Part shown: positions 1-9,535 of the stretch, piece by piece
Layout: the number at the start of each line of letters is the position of its first letter
Numbering within the stretch: position 1 is the stretch's first letter
DNA from: a virus
Strand: one strand, 5' to 3'
DNA length: 64,000 nucleotides
Virus record (IMG/VR): IMGVR_UViG_3300045988_151163
Span: 74,857-138,856 of that record
Translations under genes and position numbers: made by a program
Notes under the pieces: model-generated
The model's database searches: none
What the model was told of the DNA's origin: nothing
Seen by the model: only the letters and a program-made list of their open reading frames with translations

Positions 1-112
1 GTCAGACCTGTAATAAATACAATCCTAAACCGGGATCTCGTCCTCGCAGAACCGACAACCGCGCACAGAAGTTGGCAAAAATAAATAAAAAAGAAATGAG
101 AGGTGTTTACTA

Positions 113-484
113 ATGAGCAATTATGTTTTAACATTATCAGATAAAGTAGATTGTGCAAATTCAGTAATTTTACCTTTGACAATAGTATTAGCAATTATTT
201 CTTTTGCTTGTTTTTTTAGCTTTATTATGGTAAGTGATTATGACGATGCTGCTGATATCGTCCCTATTGTTATTACTGGAGTTATTTTTATTTGTAGTTT
301 AATTTTTTCAATCGCATATTGGAAAATTTGTCAAGTTCAAACTTATACTGTGAATGAATCTATTTTAAATGATAATAAAGCAAAGACTGAATTATTAAAA
401 GATTATTATGTTGTTAAATATTCAGATACTCCAGATGGTCAAATTTGTTTAATTAAAATAGAGGATGCAGAGCGCTGGAATTAA
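113..484 (+). CDS. small membrane protein (hypothetical)
   Basis: ORF with two hydrophobic helices; followed by a hairpin+T-tract terminator at 492-525. Confidence 0.4.
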   Translation: MSNYVLTLSDKVDCANSVILPLTIVLAIISFACFFSFIMVSDYDDAADIVPIVITGVIFICSLIFSIAYWKICQVQTYTVNESILNDNKAKTELLKDYYVVKYSDTPDGQICLIKIEDAERWN

Positions 485-491
485 AATTATT

Positions 492-525
492 AAAGCATAG
501 CTTTTATTTGCTATGCTTTAATTAA
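492..525. terminator. rho-independent terminator
   Basis: AAAGCATAGCTTTTATTTGCTATGCTTT. Confidence 0.65.
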
Positions 526-547
526 ATACCTTAAAAAGGAGAAATAA

Positions 548-919
548 ATGAAAGTAATGTCTGAAAAACAGAAAAAATGCATTAAATGGATATGCGATAT
601 GCTTGATATTAAATATGAAAGTTCTGAAAGTAGCTATGATGCATGGAGGTTTATTAAGGAAAATAAAAAGGCTGCTGATGAAGCAGCTTTGGGCGAGAAA
701 GAAGCAGATGAGTTTATTCTTGGATTGATGGCACAAGTAAGATATCCTAAATATCATGTATCTTATGATAATGGGAGAAAAGAATTTTATGATGAGTTTG
801 ATGGCATCAATTTGGATGAAGATAACATTGATGAAATATGTCCAAATGGAATTCATTGTGCAGATGATATCAAAGAATTTAGCTGGATGTTTGCCATACA
901 TAATAACAGATGTATGTAA
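548..919 (+). CDS. hypothetical protein
   Basis: RBS AAAAGGAG 7 nt upstream of the ATG; terminator follows at 930-975. Confidence 0.5.
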   Translation: MKVMSEKQKKCIKWICDMLDIKYESSESSYDAWRFIKENKKAADEAALGEKEADEFILGLMAQVRYPKYHVSYDNGRKEFYDEFDGINLDEDNIDEICPNGIHCADDIKEFSWMFAIHNNRCM

Positions 920-929
920 AATATAAATA

Positions 930-975
930 AACCAAAGCAGAGTTAAAGTCTGCTTTGGTTTATTTATATTGTTTT
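930..975. terminator. rho-independent terminator
   Basis: AACCAAAGCAGAGTTAAAGTCTGCTTTGGTT + TATTTATATTGTTTTTTTAT. Confidence 0.7.
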
Positions 976-1035
976 TTTATAATTTTTTTGTTATAATAAT
1001 TATAGAAAATGAAAAAAGAAAGGAATTGATGTTAT

Positions 1036-1752
1036 ATGCTATCGAAGGAAGAAAGACTTAATATTTATAAGACTATTAGTGTTCCAGATGAGTTTGGATA
1101 TTACTGGGAAGATGGGGAAGATTCAAATGAACTTTACAATTTTACAAACGAAGTATATAACATCAATAAGGAAGCTGTTGTTAATCATGGAGTTTCAAAA
1201 GCAGTGATTATTGATCCTGACCTTGATGTTGTAATCAAGGTTCCTTTCAATACATGTTTTTATTATAACGCAAATAATGGTGATGATCTTACATACGATC
1301 CAGATTTACCGGATATAAAAGAAGATATCTTAAATAATTTCTGTCAGATTGAAGCAGATATCTATCAAGAGTGTATAAATGAAGGAAACGGATATGAGAT
1401 TTTCTTAGCTAAAACTAAGGAAATTGATAATCTACACTATGTACAAGAAAAATGCGAAACCTATGAGGATAAGTATGATACTTGTGATGATAATTTCCAA
1501 GAGAAAACTGCTAAAGATATTGAAAAATATAAGAATAGACTTGAAGGAAAATATTTTTTTCCAAGTCGTTTTATCTTAGATTTAATTAAATCTTATGGCG
1601 AAGATAGAACATTTAGCTTTTTAGATTTTTTAGATAGCGATTCCGATATTGCTAAAAGCATCTCTATGGATTTACATAATGAGAATATTGGATATCGAGT
1701 ATCAGATGGTACACCTTGTATTATTGACTATTCTGGATGGTGGGAGGACTAA
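1036..1752 (+). CDS. hypothetical acidic protein
   Basis: 238-aa ORF; stop is immediately followed by the RBS and ATG of the next gene. Confidence 0.5.
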   Translation: MLSKEERLNIYKTISVPDEFGYYWEDGEDSNELYNFTNEVYNINKEAVVNHGVSKAVIIDPDLDVVIKVPFNTCFYYNANNGDDLTYDPDLPDIKEDILNNFCQIEADIYQECINEGNGYEIFLAKTKEIDNLHYVQEKCETYEDKYDTCDDNFQEKTAKDIEKYKNRLEGKYFFPSRFILDLIKSYGEDRTFSFLDFLDSDSDIAKSISMDLHNENIGYRVSDGTPCIIDYSGWWED

Positions 1753-1756
1753 TACT

Positions 1757-2257
1757 ATGAAAACTTTAGTTGAAGTAAAAGATATTTGTAAAAAGATTAT
1801 GGTTTCACAGGGATATGATGTTGATCTTCCTATCTCTATTAATGGCAGGTTCAAGAATACCTTTGGACGGGTAACTGTTAACTATTTAAGTAATAAGGTA
1901 GAGAAAGTTGAGTTCGCGGCAGTCTTGCTTAATAGTGACAACGATGCTGAAATTATAGACACCATCAAGCATGAACTCGCGCATGTCTTAGCTTTTCTTT
2001 TTGATGGACAAAATCATGGGCATGATAATACTTGGAAGAATATCTTCTTATCTCTTGGTGGTTCAGGCAAGGTTCATTTCTCTCAAAAGGAGTTCTTTGG
2101 AGAAGATATAGATAAAGCATATAAATATACAGCTTATTGCAGTAAGTGCGGAAAGTTTATTCAGGGATTCACGAGAGCTGGCAAAGTTGTTAAACAGCCA
2201 CAGTTTTATACAACAAGATGTTGTGATGCAATAGTAAAAATTAAACAGAATTGGTAG
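1757..2257 (+). CDS. SprT-like Zn metallopeptidase
   Basis: HELAHV (HExxH) motif plus a C-terminal Cys4 ribbon (CSKCGK..TTRCC). I start at ATG 1757, which sits after GGGAGG; the track's 1649 start overlaps the previous gene. Confidence 0.55.
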   Translation: MKTLVEVKDICKKIMVSQGYDVDLPISINGRFKNTFGRVTVNYLSNKVEKVEFAAVLLNSDNDAEIIDTIKHELAHVLAFLFDGQNHGHDNTWKNIFLSLGGSGKVHFSQKEFFGEDIDKAYKYTAYCSKCGKFIQGFTRAGKVVKQPQFYTTRCCDAIVKIKQNW

Positions 2258-2518
2258 GTGTATAACATGTATTTATCAATCCATTTTTTTCTGATGCTCT
2301 TGGTGGGAGCTTTTGTTTCTATTTGCTTCATCGTTTCATCAGAACATTGTAAAAATAGAAAACTTGATATGATGCACAAATATGATAATCTTGGTATGAT
2401 AGTAACTTTACTATATATTCTTTTTATTATGCCATTAGAGCATCCTTTATTTGTGCTGTTTACTGGTTATCTTTTATATGAAGCATGTGAAATAATAAAG
2501 ATTGATAATAAACAATAG
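2258..2518 (+). CDS. small membrane protein (hypothetical)
   Basis: Hydrophobic 80-aa ORF; GTG at 2258 or ATG at 2267 after AGGTG; terminator 2517-2550. Confidence 0.4.
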   Translation: MYNMYLSIHFFLMLLVGAFVSICFIVSSEHCKNRKLDMMHKYDNLGMIVTLLYILFIMPLEHPLFVLFTGYLLYEACEIIKIDNKQ

Positions 2519-2550
2519 AGAGAGTTGTAATAACTCTCTTTATTTTTTAT
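2517..2550. terminator. rho-independent terminator
   Basis: AGAGAGTTGTAATAACTCTCT + TTATTTTTTAT. Confidence 0.7.
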
Positions 2551-2601
2551 AAAAATTATTATATAATATATATAGAAAATAAGGAAAGGAAGTTGATAAT
2601 T

Positions 2602-2784
2602 ATGTTTATATTTACTTATTCAGTTTATCTTTCAGATTTCAAAATGATGAAGAAAATTACCACAGAAGCAATGCTTGGAGAGGTTGGATCTTGCATTGCA
2701 GTAGAAGGATATGGACCTGGCGTAATAATTAACGAAGAAGTTGAATATTATGATGCAGATAGCTGCGATGAGGAGGTCAGATAG
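2602..2784 (+). CDS. small hypothetical protein
   Basis: ATG 2602 follows the conserved leader GGAAAGGAAGTTGATAATTATG; short acidic ORF. Confidence 0.3.
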   Translation: MFIFTYSVYLSDFKMMKKITTEAMLGEVGSCIAVEGYGPGVIINEEVEYYDADSCDEEVR

Positions 2785-2785
2785 T

Positions 2786-3394
2786 ATGGAGAATAACTGG
2801 TTTGAAAAGAATGGTTTTGATCCAAAAACAAGAGAAACATATGTAGTAATTGGAGAAAACACCTATTCAATCAAGGATGAACTTAAAGCGCAGGGATATA
2901 AATACAATAAAGTTCTTGGTTGGCATGGACCAACTTTAGTCGAACTTCCGGAAGAGTATCATTGTTGCAAGATTGAATTTAATGATGTCGCAGTTGAGAC
3001 TACTTTGGATGAGCTGCGGGCTGCCTGTGGTGGCACAATACCAAAGAACTATCAGCAGCTTAGATATGGTTTTAAGGCAGGTTGCGTTGACTTTATGAAG
3101 GAATTGAAGTCAAAGTATATTAAGACATATACCCAGTTTTACGATTGCGAATGCGGCGACCGCGTTGAAATTAAGTGTAAGCTTGAAAAGTCCAATTCAT
3201 TTAATGGTAGATATGGTACTTCATATGTTTATTCTTTTGTTGCAGACAATAAGTATTTGTTTACTTGGTTTACATCTAAAAAGCTGGATATCAAAAGTGA
3301 TTATGTTATTTTAATGGGTACGGTTAAAGAACATAATGAATACAATGGAAATTGTCAGGTACTTTTAACAAGATGCATTGTAAAAGAGGTTTAA
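2786..3394 (+). CDS. hypothetical protein
   Basis: ATG preceded by GAGGAGG; the track's 2741 start lies inside the previous ORF. Confidence 0.5.
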   Translation: MENNWFEKNGFDPKTRETYVVIGENTYSIKDELKAQGYKYNKVLGWHGPTLVELPEEYHCCKIEFNDVAVETTLDELRAACGGTIPKNYQQLRYGFKAGCVDFMKELKSKYIKTYTQFYDCECGDRVEIKCKLEKSNSFNGRYGTSYVYSFVADNKYLFTWFTSKKLDIKSDYVILMGTVKEHNEYNGNCQVLLTRCIVKEV

Positions 3395-3395
3395 T

Positions 3396-4178
3396 ATGGA
3401 AAAAGATGATATTGAATTTGAATTGATGACTAAAATTATGAACCATAAAGAAGCTGTTTTAAAAAAGTACCCTGAATATCAAATTTTAGGTATTTTTCTT
3501 TATGGTTCTCAAAACTATAATATTGCAACAGAAAAATCTGATGTAGATATAAAAGCAATTATTATCCCAACAGTAGAACAGCTTGCTTTTAGTCCGGTGC
3601 GGGTTGGAACTATTGAATTTAGTGATGGTGGACATTGTGAGATAATGTCTATTGTACATTGGGTTGAGAATTTAAAAAAGCAAAATGTTAATTTTGTGGA
3701 AACTCTTTTTACTCAATATAGGTGGATAAATCCATTTTATCTTAATAAATGGAAAGAAACTTTTTTAGAAAAAAGAGAAGATATTGCCAATTATGATAAA
3801 GACAGAATGGTTAAATCTATTTGTCATCAAGCTATTAACACTCTATCTCGATATGATACCGGAAAATCTTTAGCGAATGGCTATAGATTTAGATACTTTT
3901 TATATAATAAACTTAAAGGAGTAGATTATTTAAAATGTATCAAAGTTTCAAATCCATTAAATGAATATCTTATTGAATTGAAACTTGATAAAACAATAGG
4001 ATTGGAATCAGAAAGAAAAGCTTTGGTAAATTGGTTTGACATGATTAAAGATCAAAATTATCATGTTGATGTGGTTAAAAAAGCAGCCTTAGATAAAGAG
4101 TTAATTAAAATTACTTTATCTTTTATTGATGAAGCAGAAATAAAAAAGAAACTATTGATTCTTAAAGCAATGAATTAA
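3396..4178 (+). CDS. nucleotidyltransferase-fold protein (minimal NTase, Pol-beta superfamily)
   Basis: LYGSQNYNIATEKSDVDIKAII fits the hG[GS]x(9-13)DhD NTase signature. Confidence 0.5.
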   Translation: MEKDDIEFELMTKIMNHKEAVLKKYPEYQILGIFLYGSQNYNIATEKSDVDIKAIIIPTVEQLAFSPVRVGTIEFSDGGHCEIMSIVHWVENLKKQNVNFVETLFTQYRWINPFYLNKWKETFLEKREDIANYDKDRMVKSICHQAINTLSRYDTGKSLANGYRFRYFLYNKLKGVDYLKCIKVSNPLNEYLIELKLDKTIGLESERKALVNWFDMIKDQNYHVDVVKKAALDKELIKITLSFIDEAEIKKKLLILKAMN

Positions 4179-4245
4179 GATTCATTGCTTTATTTTTATA
4201 TAAATTTTTGATATAATTATTATAGTAAATGAAAAGGAAAGGAAG

Positions 4246-4491
4246 TTGATGATAATGTTTGATACGAATATTGGTAGTTCATTTATCACCAGTCCAAAGT
4301 ATGATGGTAGATTGAATGGTTTGGATGCGATGATTATGCAGACTGAAGAAGATAAGGAAAAAGATTTGTGTGAATGGCGATCTAGCTGGGGAGATATGTA
4401 TGAACCAGGATGCCGTTCCGCACGTGTGATTAAGACTAATCCAACAATTTGTCCTTATTGCGGTAGAAGAATCAAATGGAGGGAATTTTAA
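4246..4491 (+). CDS. small zinc-ribbon protein
   Basis: C-terminal CPYCGRRIKW plus upstream Cys; conserved leader upstream. Confidence 0.4.
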   Translation: MMIMFDTNIGSSFITSPKYDGRLNGLDAMIMQTEEDKEKDLCEWRSSWGDMYEPGCRSARVIKTNPTICPYCGRRIKWREF

Positions 4492-6422
4492 TGTTGAATT
4501 TATTAGATGAACTTACAACTGAAGATAAAGAAAAGATTGGCGCATATATTGATTTATATGGTTCATTTGGTTTGGAAAGAAAGTCTGTTGATGAGCTACT
4601 CTCAGTTTGGGCAAAGAATAAGACTAAGTTGTATCATTGGCTAGGTAACTCTTTGCGAGTTCAGTTTCCTTTTGTAAATGAGGATATTCTTAGAAAAGAA
4701 GTCTCAGAAAAAATATATAGAACTTTTAGTGGTTATAACACTTATGACCCTAAGTATGACAATGCTCTTCGCAATATCTATAACAAATTTAGAGAATACT
4801 ATAAAGAATCTAATGGAAAAGATAAATATTTTCAAAAGGTCGCAGAAGAAAATAAAGAGTCTTTATCTACTTTACCTTCTTGGTGTTATTGTTTTAGCGG
4901 TGCAAGAGCAACTGAAGAAATAAAAGTTAGAGATAAATTAAGAAGTTTTATTGACTTGATCTTTTCAGAACACCATTTTGTAAATGGGATTCTTGATATA
5001 GATTATTGCAAAAAAATTACTATTACAGCGGATGGCAAAAAGTATCAGTTTCAAAATGGAGAAAAAATTTGGAAAACTTTAAAAAAGCTTCATCAGATTT
5101 TTCCAAATGCAGTCACAGATAAAGAGTTTGAAGATGCCCGTATTTTATATTCTACTTGGTTAAACGATAAGAAGAAAGGTTATTTAACTATTTCTATCCA
5201 TCCTCTTGATTTTATGACTATGAGTGATAATGCCTCGAAGTGGAAGAGTTGTATGTCTTGGAAAGAACAAGGGTGCTATCGAATTGGTACTATTGAAATG
5301 ATGAACTCAAATAATGTATTTTGTGTTTACTATACTTCAAAAAAGGAAGATACAGGTTTTTCATTTGGCGATTATGAATGGAATGATAAGAAATGGCGTG
5401 GACTTGTTATGGCAACTAAAGACATTATTGTAGCAAACAAGGCTTATCCATATTGCAGTAAAGAAACTAATATTGCAATTATTGATAAGATTAAAGAGTT
5501 AGCAAAAGAAAATATGGGATATACATATGAATTTGGACCAGAGCTTTATAAAGATATGGACCATATAATGACAGATTTTTATTTAGATGATGTATCTAAT
5601 AGCATTGCAAACAAGAGTGAAGGCTTAAGAAAAAATATCTATTTTAAATCAACAGGTATGTACAATGATATGCTTCATAATACAGAAAATTATGAGTATT
5701 GGTGTTATAGAAATAGAGTTAAAACTAAAAAGCTTATTTCTTATTCAGGTAAATCTGAATGTATATGTTGTGGAAAAACAAATATTTTAAGATATGCAGG
5801 ACATGATGAAGGATTTCATAATTATAGAAATGTAAGCTCTACTCTTTGTAAAGAATGTGAAGATTTGGCTACTTGTCCTCGTTGTGGCTCTTTAGCAGGA
5901 ACAAATATCGTAAAAATCACATTTGATGGGAAGGAACGGACTTTTTGTAAAGTTTGTGGTTCTTCTATTATTTCTTGTCCTATTTGTAATAAAAATTACG
6001 TAAGAAAAGAAGGGCTTCAAGTATGTGATTACTATTATAACAAAAGTAAAAGGAAATACTATCGTTTAAAAATCTTCGTAATTAAAGATGATAAGATAAA
6101 AACGTTTGAAGAAGAAAAAGATAAATTTGAAAAAGATGACTCTTCTAATGTTAATAGTCTTTTGATTAATAATAAACTTCATGAGGACGATGTTCATTTT
6201 GTTCCTTGTTGTAAGAGTTGTTATGAAGAAGCTCTTAAAAATAAAAAATTTATCATTGTTGAAAAAAAGTCAGTTCTTTATAATATACCATTAACTATTT
6301 TTACAACAGAATCTCAATTTAGTGAGGTGTATCCGGGAAAAGAAGAGCTCTATAAAGCAGCTACATTTACCGACATTTTTGGAAAACAAACAAAAGTTTT
6401 AAGAAAACCTATTTGGTTCTAG
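4491..6422 (+). CDS. large Cys-rich hypothetical protein
   Basis: 640 aa; several CxxC pairs in the C-terminal third (CICCGK, CPRCG, CKVCG, CPICN) suggest multiple Zn ribbons; ATG 4491 after GGAGGG. Confidence 0.55.
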   Translation: MLNLLDELTTEDKEKIGAYIDLYGSFGLERKSVDELLSVWAKNKTKLYHWLGNSLRVQFPFVNEDILRKEVSEKIYRTFSGYNTYDPKYDNALRNIYNKFREYYKESNGKDKYFQKVAEENKESLSTLPSWCYCFSGARATEEIKVRDKLRSFIDLIFSEHHFVNGILDIDYCKKITITADGKKYQFQNGEKIWKTLKKLHQIFPNAVTDKEFEDARILYSTWLNDKKKGYLTISIHPLDFMTMSDNASKWKSCMSWKEQGCYRIGTIEMMNSNNVFCVYYTSKKEDTGFSFGDYEWNDKKWRGLVMATKDIIVANKAYPYCSKETNIAIIDKIKELAKENMGYTYEFGPELYKDMDHIMTDFYLDDVSNSIANKSEGLRKNIYFKSTGMYNDMLHNTENYEYWCYRNRVKTKKLISYSGKSECICCGKTNILRYAGHDEGFHNYRNVSSTLCKECEDLATCPRCGSLAGTNIVKITFDGKERTFCKVCGSSIISCPICNKNYVRKEGLQVCDYYYNKSKRKYYRLKIFVIKDDKIKTFEEEKDKFEKDDSSNVNSLLINNKLHEDDVHFVPCCKSCYEEALKNKKFIIVEKKSVLYNIPLTIFTTESQFSEVYPGKEELYKAATFTDIFGKQTKVLRKPIWF

Positions 6423-6517
6423 TTGATACATAATTGATTTTCTAAAAAAATAGTAGTATAATATATACATACAAAAGAGATAAAAATAAAAAAACAAAAG
6501 AAAAAGGAGAAAATACT

Positions 6518-6940
6518 ATGGAAAAGATGACTAAGAGAGATTATTTTAACGCAATTTCAAACGCTATCGCATCAATGGAGTCCGTTGATGGGGTTGCAGT
6601 TGCTGATGTTCAGGCGTTTATTGACGCAAGAATCGCAGAGCTGGATAAGAAGGCGGAGTCCGCGAAGAAGAGCGCAGCAAAGAAGCGTGCGGCTGGTGAT
6701 GAGCTCAGAGCTCAGGTAGAGGCTGTTCTTACTGATGAACTTCAGACTATTGATGCAATCACTTCTCAGATTGAGGGCGAGGAGATTACAAGAGCAAAGG
6801 TGCAGGCTAGATTATCACAGCTTGTAAAGGCTGGAATTACTATTAAGGATGATGTTGAAGATGGTAAGCGTAAGGTTAAGGGATACCGTTTGGCTACGGT
6901 GGATGAGAATGAGTCTTCAGAGGATGGCTCACCAGAGTAA
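6518..6940 (+). CDS. small acidic protein, GC-rich; member of a three-gene paralog family
   Basis: About 50% GC against a 30% background; C-terminal KVKGYRLATVDE resembles the tails of the 49202 and 52015 proteins. Confidence 0.5.
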   Translation: MEKMTKRDYFNAISNAIASMESVDGVAVADVQAFIDARIAELDKKAESAKKSAAKKRAAGDELRAQVEAVLTDELQTIDAITSQIEGEEITRAKVQARLSQLVKAGITIKDDVEDGKRKVKGYRLATVDENESSEDGSPE

Positions 6941-6949
6941 TTAGACTAA

Positions 6950-6983
6950 AATAGGAAGTCGAATTGACTTCCTATTTTTTTTA
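6950..6983. terminator. rho-independent terminator
   Basis: ATAGGAAGTCGAATTGACTTCCTAT + TTTTTTTAT. Confidence 0.7.
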
Positions 6984-7026
6984 TGATATAATAACAATAG
7001 AAAAATAGAAAAGGAGTTGTTAAATT

Positions 7027-7845
7027 ATGAATTATTGTATCAAATATACAAATAAGTTTCGTTATTTTGATAAAGATAATGTTGAAATTGAAATTATGTA
7101 TACATCAGGCAACAGGTTGTTGGATTTTTGTAAAAACGTATTAAAGAAATCTCAGAAATTAGTTGTAAACATTCTTGATGGAGGGATCTCAGATAACGAG
7201 ATAGAGATTTTTAAGGCGGCAGCCGCGATACATCCAAATATTCTTTTTAAAACAACTAATGTAGATTATATTTATAAGAATAGTAATGAATTAAACTTTT
7301 TATACGCAAACCCTGTAGCCGGCTGGTTCTATGTAAGAGATCTATCAAATATAGGAGTTTCAGAAATTCTTATTAAAGACTCTTTATGTTTTAATCTTAA
7401 AAAATTAAAGACTTATTGTGATAAAAAGAATATTAAAATTAGATGTGTCGCTAACTATATTGATAATGATAGGCTTAGTACAATCCCGCCATATGAGAAG
7501 TTCTTCATTAGACCAGAAGATGTTTCATTCTATGAAGATTATATTGATACCATTGAGTTTTATAAAAATGATTATTATGAATTATTAGAAAAACAGAATG
7601 TTCTTTATAAGATTTATAATAGTGGTAAATGGGAAGGTAAATTAAGTGATATTATTGATGGATATACAGAAGATGTTTCCAATATTACTATCATCCCATC
7701 ATTTGCAAAATTTAGAATTGATTGTCAAAGACGCTGCGACTTAGGCTTGTGTGACTCTTGTGAGCATCATATGACTATAGCTAAAGCGTTAGAAAAATCT
7801 GGGATCAAGGTTACAACAAAGGAGGTGTCACCTGATGGTAAATAA
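7027..7845 (+). CDS. hypothetical protein with a C-terminal Cys/His cluster
   Basis: CQRRCDLGLCDSCEHH near the C-terminus. Confidence 0.5.
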   Translation: MNYCIKYTNKFRYFDKDNVEIEIMYTSGNRLLDFCKNVLKKSQKLVVNILDGGISDNEIEIFKAAAAIHPNILFKTTNVDYIYKNSNELNFLYANPVAGWFYVRDLSNIGVSEILIKDSLCFNLKKLKTYCDKKNIKIRCVANYIDNDRLSTIPPYEKFFIRPEDVSFYEDYIDTIEFYKNDYYELLEKQNVLYKIYNSGKWEGKLSDIIDGYTEDVSNITIIPSFAKFRIDCQRRCDLGLCDSCEHHMTIAKALEKSGIKVTTKEVSPDGK

Positions 7846-8692
7846 AGGTTTTATGCAATATATTTTTAGTTATCCTGTAAAAGGTAGCTCTTTACTCGCT
7901 TATCTGAAATTGCTATTATCACAATTTGGTTATGAAAACCAAATAACGGATAACAAAAATTATCTTATTGCGGAGGGTGATATTCCTATTGCTCTTGTTG
8001 CCCACTTAGATACTGTTCATGCAATAGAGCCTTTCCAGTTTTTTTATGATGAAAAAGAAATGGTTATGTGGTCGCCGCAAGGTTTAGGCGCAGACGATCG
8101 AGCTGGCGTAATTCTTATTTTATCAATTTTGTCAGAGGGGTACAGACCACATCTCATCTTTACAACAGGAGAAGAACATGGTGGCATTGGAGCAAATAAA
8201 TTAGTAAAAGATTATAACGAAGTACCTTTTAATATTGATTTTATGATTGAATTAGATAGGTGCGGAAGTGAAGACGCAGTATTCTATAATTGTATGAATC
8301 TTTCTTTTATTGATTATATTTGCAGTTTTGGTTTTACTTTTGAAGAAGGCAGCTTTACAGATATTTGTATCTTAGGTCAAAATTGGAATATTGCCGCAGT
8401 AAATCTATCTATTGGTTATTACAATGAGCATACAAAAGCTGAATATTGGGATCTCTTTGAAGCAGATGATACTATAACTAAAGTTATAAATATCTTACGT
8501 TCAAAAAACAGCAATACTTATATATATGTTCCAGCAACAAAAGATAATAGAATAATTAGATGCTCTTGCGGAAGATTATGCTATCCTGGAGAATATGATC
8601 AAATTACTTCAATATATGGACCAACAAAGATACCTTTTACATATAATGTATGCCATTTTTGTAAAAAACTTCACGAAGAAGATATTGATTAA
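7835..8692 (+). CDS. M20/M28/M42-family metallopeptidase-like protein
   Basis: AHLDTVH, GADDRAGV and TGEEHGG match the metal-binding motifs of the Zn aminopeptidase/deacylase clan. Confidence 0.55.
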   Translation: MVNKGFMQYIFSYPVKGSSLLAYLKLLLSQFGYENQITDNKNYLIAEGDIPIALVAHLDTVHAIEPFQFFYDEKEMVMWSPQGLGADDRAGVILILSILSEGYRPHLIFTTGEEHGGIGANKLVKDYNEVPFNIDFMIELDRCGSEDAVFYNCMNLSFIDYICSFGFTFEEGSFTDICILGQNWNIAAVNLSIGYYNEHTKAEYWDLFEADDTITKVINILRSKNSNTYIYVPATKDNRIIRCSCGRLCYPGEYDQITSIYGPTKIPFTYNVCHFCKKLHEEDID

Positions 8693-8707
8693 ATTGATTA
8701 TTTTTAA

Positions 8708-8755
8708 TTTTTTTGATATAATATATATAGAAAGTTAAGAGAGGAAGGAATAAAT
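8708..8755 (+). promoter_or_regulatory. conserved promoter/leader cassette (extended -10 TGATATAAT + leader AGAAAGTTAAGAGAGGAAGG)
   Basis: tttttgatataatatatatagaaagttaagagaggaaggaataaatATG; one of about 28 copies in the window. Confidence 0.55.
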
Positions 8756-9226
8756 ATGGAAGGTTTATCAAAGATAACTAAATTATTAAATGATTTTGTT
8801 AGAACAATAGATGAAGAATTGTTTATTGAAGAAGATGGTGATTTTGCATATTATCCCTTGAGTAATAAAATTACTTATTCTCTTGTTGTTTCAGAAAAGA
8901 GCAATGCTGATTTTATGCGGTCGGTTGAGTTTTTCAAACCTAGGGTTAAGTGTGATATCTTTTTGTGGAGTATTTTGCATGAAATTGGGCATCATGAAAC
9001 AATAGACGAACTCTCTGATACTGATTTAGCTGATTCTGAAATTATTAAACTTTTTGTTTCTAATGGCGGCGTATCTGAAGAGCTTTATTATGAGTGTCCA
9101 GATGAACGCGCGGCAACCGGTTGGGCGGTGCAGTATGCAGAATCCCATACTGCTATTTTAGCAAAGTTTTGGGAGGAACTTCAGAAAGCAATTATGAGAT
9201 TTTATAAGTTAAATCATATTTGTTAA
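8756..9226 (+). CDS. HExxH zinc metallopeptidase (ImmA/IrrE-like?)
   Basis: LHEIGHHE motif in a 156-aa protein. Confidence 0.5.
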   Translation: MEGLSKITKLLNDFVRTIDEELFIEEDGDFAYYPLSNKITYSLVVSEKSNADFMRSVEFFKPRVKCDIFLWSILHEIGHHETIDELSDTDLADSEIIKLFVSNGGVSEELYYECPDERAATGWAVQYAESHTAILAKFWEELQKAIMRFYKLNHIC

Positions 9227-9242
9227 ATTGATTTTCATAAAT

Positions 9243-9287
9243 ATTTTTGATATAATATTTATAGAAAGTTAAGAAAGGAAGATATTT
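9243..9287 (+). promoter_or_regulatory. conserved promoter/leader cassette
   Basis: tttttgatataatatttatagaaagttaagaaaggaagatatttATG. Confidence 0.55.
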
Positions 9288-9470
9288 ATGAAGCGTTCAA
9301 CGGACATAATTAAAACTGTTTATTGTGAATGGTGTGGCAGAAGAATTGATATCCGTAGATGGAAAGGGCGCGATTGTAGATATCGAGTTTTCACAGTAAA
9401 AGGTACCTATTTGGTATGTAGAAATTGCTTTGATAGAATGCAGAGAAACGACACACTAGAAGAAAAATAA
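9288..9470 (+). CDS. zinc-ribbon protein
   Basis: CEWCGRR ... CRNCFDR. Confidence 0.45.
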   Translation: MKRSTDIIKTVYCEWCGRRIDIRRWKGRDCRYRVFTVKGTYLVCRNCFDRMQRNDTLEEK

Positions 9471-9489
9471 CATATTGATTTTAATAATA

Positions 9490-9535
9490 ATTTTTGATAT
9501 AATTATTATAGAAAGTTAAGAAAGGTGGAAAGAAA
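9490..9535 (+). promoter_or_regulatory. conserved promoter/leader cassette
   Basis: tttttgatataattattatagaaagttaagaaaggtggaaagaaaATG. Confidence 0.55.

Noticed and set aside
518-901. Minus-strand ORF (127 aa) overlapping the + strand gene 548-919
   Set aside because: Low-complexity Ile/Phe/Asn-rich translation typical of the antisense frame of AT-rich DNA; no RBS; the + strand gene has an RBS and terminator. The same reasoning applies to the other minus-strand ORFs in the track (2632-2862, 9610-9933, 10861-11175, 12129-12374, 21163-21417, 22455-22997, 23494-23988, 25464-25688, 25996-26256, 26903-27675, 28391-29015, 29419-29631, 29955-30479, 30932-31786, 32774-33153, 35975-36637, 37411-37596, 40828-41175, 42807-43781, 44149-44643, 44824-45154, 46006-46344, 47195-47905, 48214-48459, 49237-49482, 53058-53291, 55537-56066, 58047-58274, 60168-60830, 61520-61729, 62665-62859, 63287-63484), several of which overlap tRNAs or well-supported genes.
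1649-1756. 5' extension of the SprT-like gene given in the track (start 1649)
   Set aside because: It overlaps the C-terminus of the upstream gene in another frame. An ATG at 1757 with a GGGAGG RBS directly after the upstream stop fits better.
2593-2601. TTG start for the 2593-2784 ORF as in the track
   Set aside because: The TTG belongs to the conserved leader (AGGAAGTTGATAATTATG). The ATG at 2602 is at the spacing used by the other genes.
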